Shown one piece after another: positions 31,740 through 33,334 of a DNA stretch of 33,334 nt; position 1 is the first letter of the stretch; each line of letters starts with the position of its first letter. The notes beneath the pieces are model-generated. The model had not been told where the DNA came from and made no database searches. It worked only from the letters and a program-made list of their open reading frames with translations. The translations under genes were made by a program, and so were the position numbers. This DNA is from an uncultured delta proteobacterium (GTDB taxonomy: Bacteria > Desulfobacterota > Desulfobacteria > Desulfobacterales > JAFDCJ01), in contig CAVYNY010000029.1 in assembly GCA_963769935.1 (NCBI GenBank), positions 1-33,334 on the forward strand, given 5' to 3'.

Positions 31740-32252
31740 ATGACGGAAATAACAGAAAAAATAGACCAGGCAGTCAAACTCATGGCCGATAGGGAAGGCA
31801 AATACCTGACCTTCACCCTGGCCGAGGAAGAGTACGGCATCGGAATTTTAAAGATCCGCGAGATCATCGGTATGATGCCCATTACCAGCGTGCCCCGCAC
31901 GCCGAAATTTGTCAAAGGCGTGATCAACCTGCGGGGCAAGGTGATCCCGGTGGTGGATCTGCGGCTGCGCTTCGGAATGGAGGAGATTGATTATACGGAG
32001 CGCACCTGTATTATCGTGGTGGAGGTCGAAAGCGGCAGCGGCCAGGTCATCATCGGGATTGTGGTGGATTCGGTCTCTGAGGTGTTGAACATCAAGGCCG
32101 AAGAAATCGAGGACACGCCCACCTTCGGCACCCGGCTGAACACGGATTACATTCTGGGTATGGCCAAGATGGAAGGCCGGGTGAAGATCCTGCTGGACAT
32201 CGATCGGGTGCTGAGCGCGGAAGAAGTTGCCGTCTTACAAAAGGCGGCTTGA
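31740..32252 (+). CDS. cheW: Chemotaxis coupling protein CheW (copy 2, near-identical to copy 1)
   Basis: Protein identical to 17462-17974 except VPRT versus VPQT and the last few residues. The leader gaaacgctcaactga..ggaggcttttaaaatg is also shared. Confidence 0.96.
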   Translation: MTEITEKIDQAVKLMADREGKYLTFTLAEEEYGIGILKIREIIGMMPITSVPRTPKFVKGVINLRGKVIPVVDLRLRFGMEEIDYTERTCIIVVEVESGSGQVIIGIVVDSVSEVLNIKAEEIEDTPTFGTRLNTDYILGMAKMEGRVKILLDIDRVLSAEEVAVLQKAA

Positions 32253-32377
32253 AGCACTTCCAAAACCCACCCATGGCTGCCGGGAAAAGCCCCCTGAGCG
32301 GTTCGGCCATTCGGCAAAGCGTTTCCTTGTGCATGTGATGCTCGCGGGCGTCGGCCAGTCGGGAAGGAGAAAGGCAG

Positions 32378-33139
32378 ATGATTGAGCGTAAAATCTTAAT
32401 CGTTGATGATGAAGCCCCCATACGGGATATGCTTGTAACGGCCTTTGATAGAGCCGGATATACAACCTTTGCGACAGTCACCGGTGAGCATGCCCTGGAG
32501 ATTTTAAAGCAGCAGGCGATTCCGCTCATGTTCCTCGATTTGGGGTTGCCGACCATGACCGGTTTTGAACTGTGCGAACGCATACGGCAGGACGACCGCG
32601 ATGCGATTATATATGCTTTGACCGGCTATGGCGGCATCTTCGGGCGACAGGAATTCCTGGAGGCAGGTTTTGACGACTATTTCAGCAAACCAATAGGGAT
32701 TAAAGCGCTTTATGAAGCGGCAGAAAATGCTTTTGGGCAGCTGGACAGGCTGTCCGAACTGCCCGTCGAAAAAGTTATCGATCGCATTCTCATCATCGAT
32801 GACGACGAGCAATTCCGGCAGATGCTGCGGCGGATTTTAGAACATGAAGGGTATGAAGTCATAGAGGCGTGCGACGGCCGGCAAGGCATCGAACGCTTTT
32901 CAGAAATGCCTGCCGATCTGGTCATCACCGACATCGTCATGCCGGTTAAAGAAGGTGTTGAAACCATTTTAGAAATTAAAGAGGCCCATCCGGAAGTTAA
33001 ATTTATTGCTGTTTCCGGGGGAGGCTGGCACGCTTTTGAGATTGACTTTGATATGGCCCGAACGCTGGGCGCCCGAACGCTAAAAAAACCGTTTCGGCAA
33101 AAAGAACTTCTGAAGGTCATTGAAGAATTTAAACATTAG
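32378..33139 (+). CDS. Dual-receiver (REC-REC) response regulator (copy 2)
   Basis: 253 aa and colinear with 26121-26882; RBS aaggag. Confidence 0.92.
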   Translation: MIERKILIVDDEAPIRDMLVTAFDRAGYTTFATVTGEHALEILKQQAIPLMFLDLGLPTMTGFELCERIRQDDRDAIIYALTGYGGIFGRQEFLEAGFDDYFSKPIGIKALYEAAENAFGQLDRLSELPVEKVIDRILIIDDDEQFRQMLRRILEHEGYEVIEACDGRQGIERFSEMPADLVITDIVMPVKEGVETILEIKEAHPEVKFIAVSGGGWHAFEIDFDMARTLGARTLKKPFRQKELLKVIEEFKH

Positions 33140-33334
33140 CCCTTCATTTGGCCACTATTTAATTATTCCCTATGCTATCTGACGGCAAACACAACATTTC
33201 CCGTGTGACTCCAGGATCCGGGCCTCCGGGCCGGGATTCTTCACCGTAGGGTGTTTCGTATTATCGGCGCTGATTTTATAGCCACCGATGCGCTGAAGCC
33301 TGTTTTGCCCCCCCGCTTCTTCTGCCTGTCATTT

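Noticed and set aside
33140..33334. Possible gene fragment at the window end
   Set aside because: I could not recognise a protein or RNA motif on either strand.

Overview
A signal-transduction and chemosensory island, almost entirely on the + strand. Gene content and style suggest a Desulfobacterota (deltaproteobacterial) genome; this is inference. In order it holds: the 3' end of a LivF-type ABC ATPase, a universal stress protein, two LuxR-HTH regulators (one GAF-PAS-PAS), a large Cache/PAS hybrid histidine kinase, a CxxC...CxxC remnant and a sigma54 NtrC-type activator. A che cluster follows (two MCPs, cheW, cheX-like, cheA, cheD, HDOD, cheY, cheB; no cheR in the window). After that come an ISL3 that has lost one end, several receiver proteins, a second cheX-like gene, a heme-c (CxxCH) hybrid kinase with Hpt, and duplicated cheW and dual-receiver genes. 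The stand-out feature is a chemoreceptor (14451-17423) whose N-terminus is a signal peptide plus a beta-carbonic anhydrase domain with all catalytic residues, in a frame continuous into the MCP signalling domain. This is a candidate enzyme-coupled CO2/bicarbonate/pH chemoreceptor. Other points are an MshEN-like motif in CheA, two palindromic operator candidates each found twice, many deletion-derived gene stubs and recent duplications. Frequent 1-2 bp indels may be sequencing errors, so pseudogene calls are provisional.
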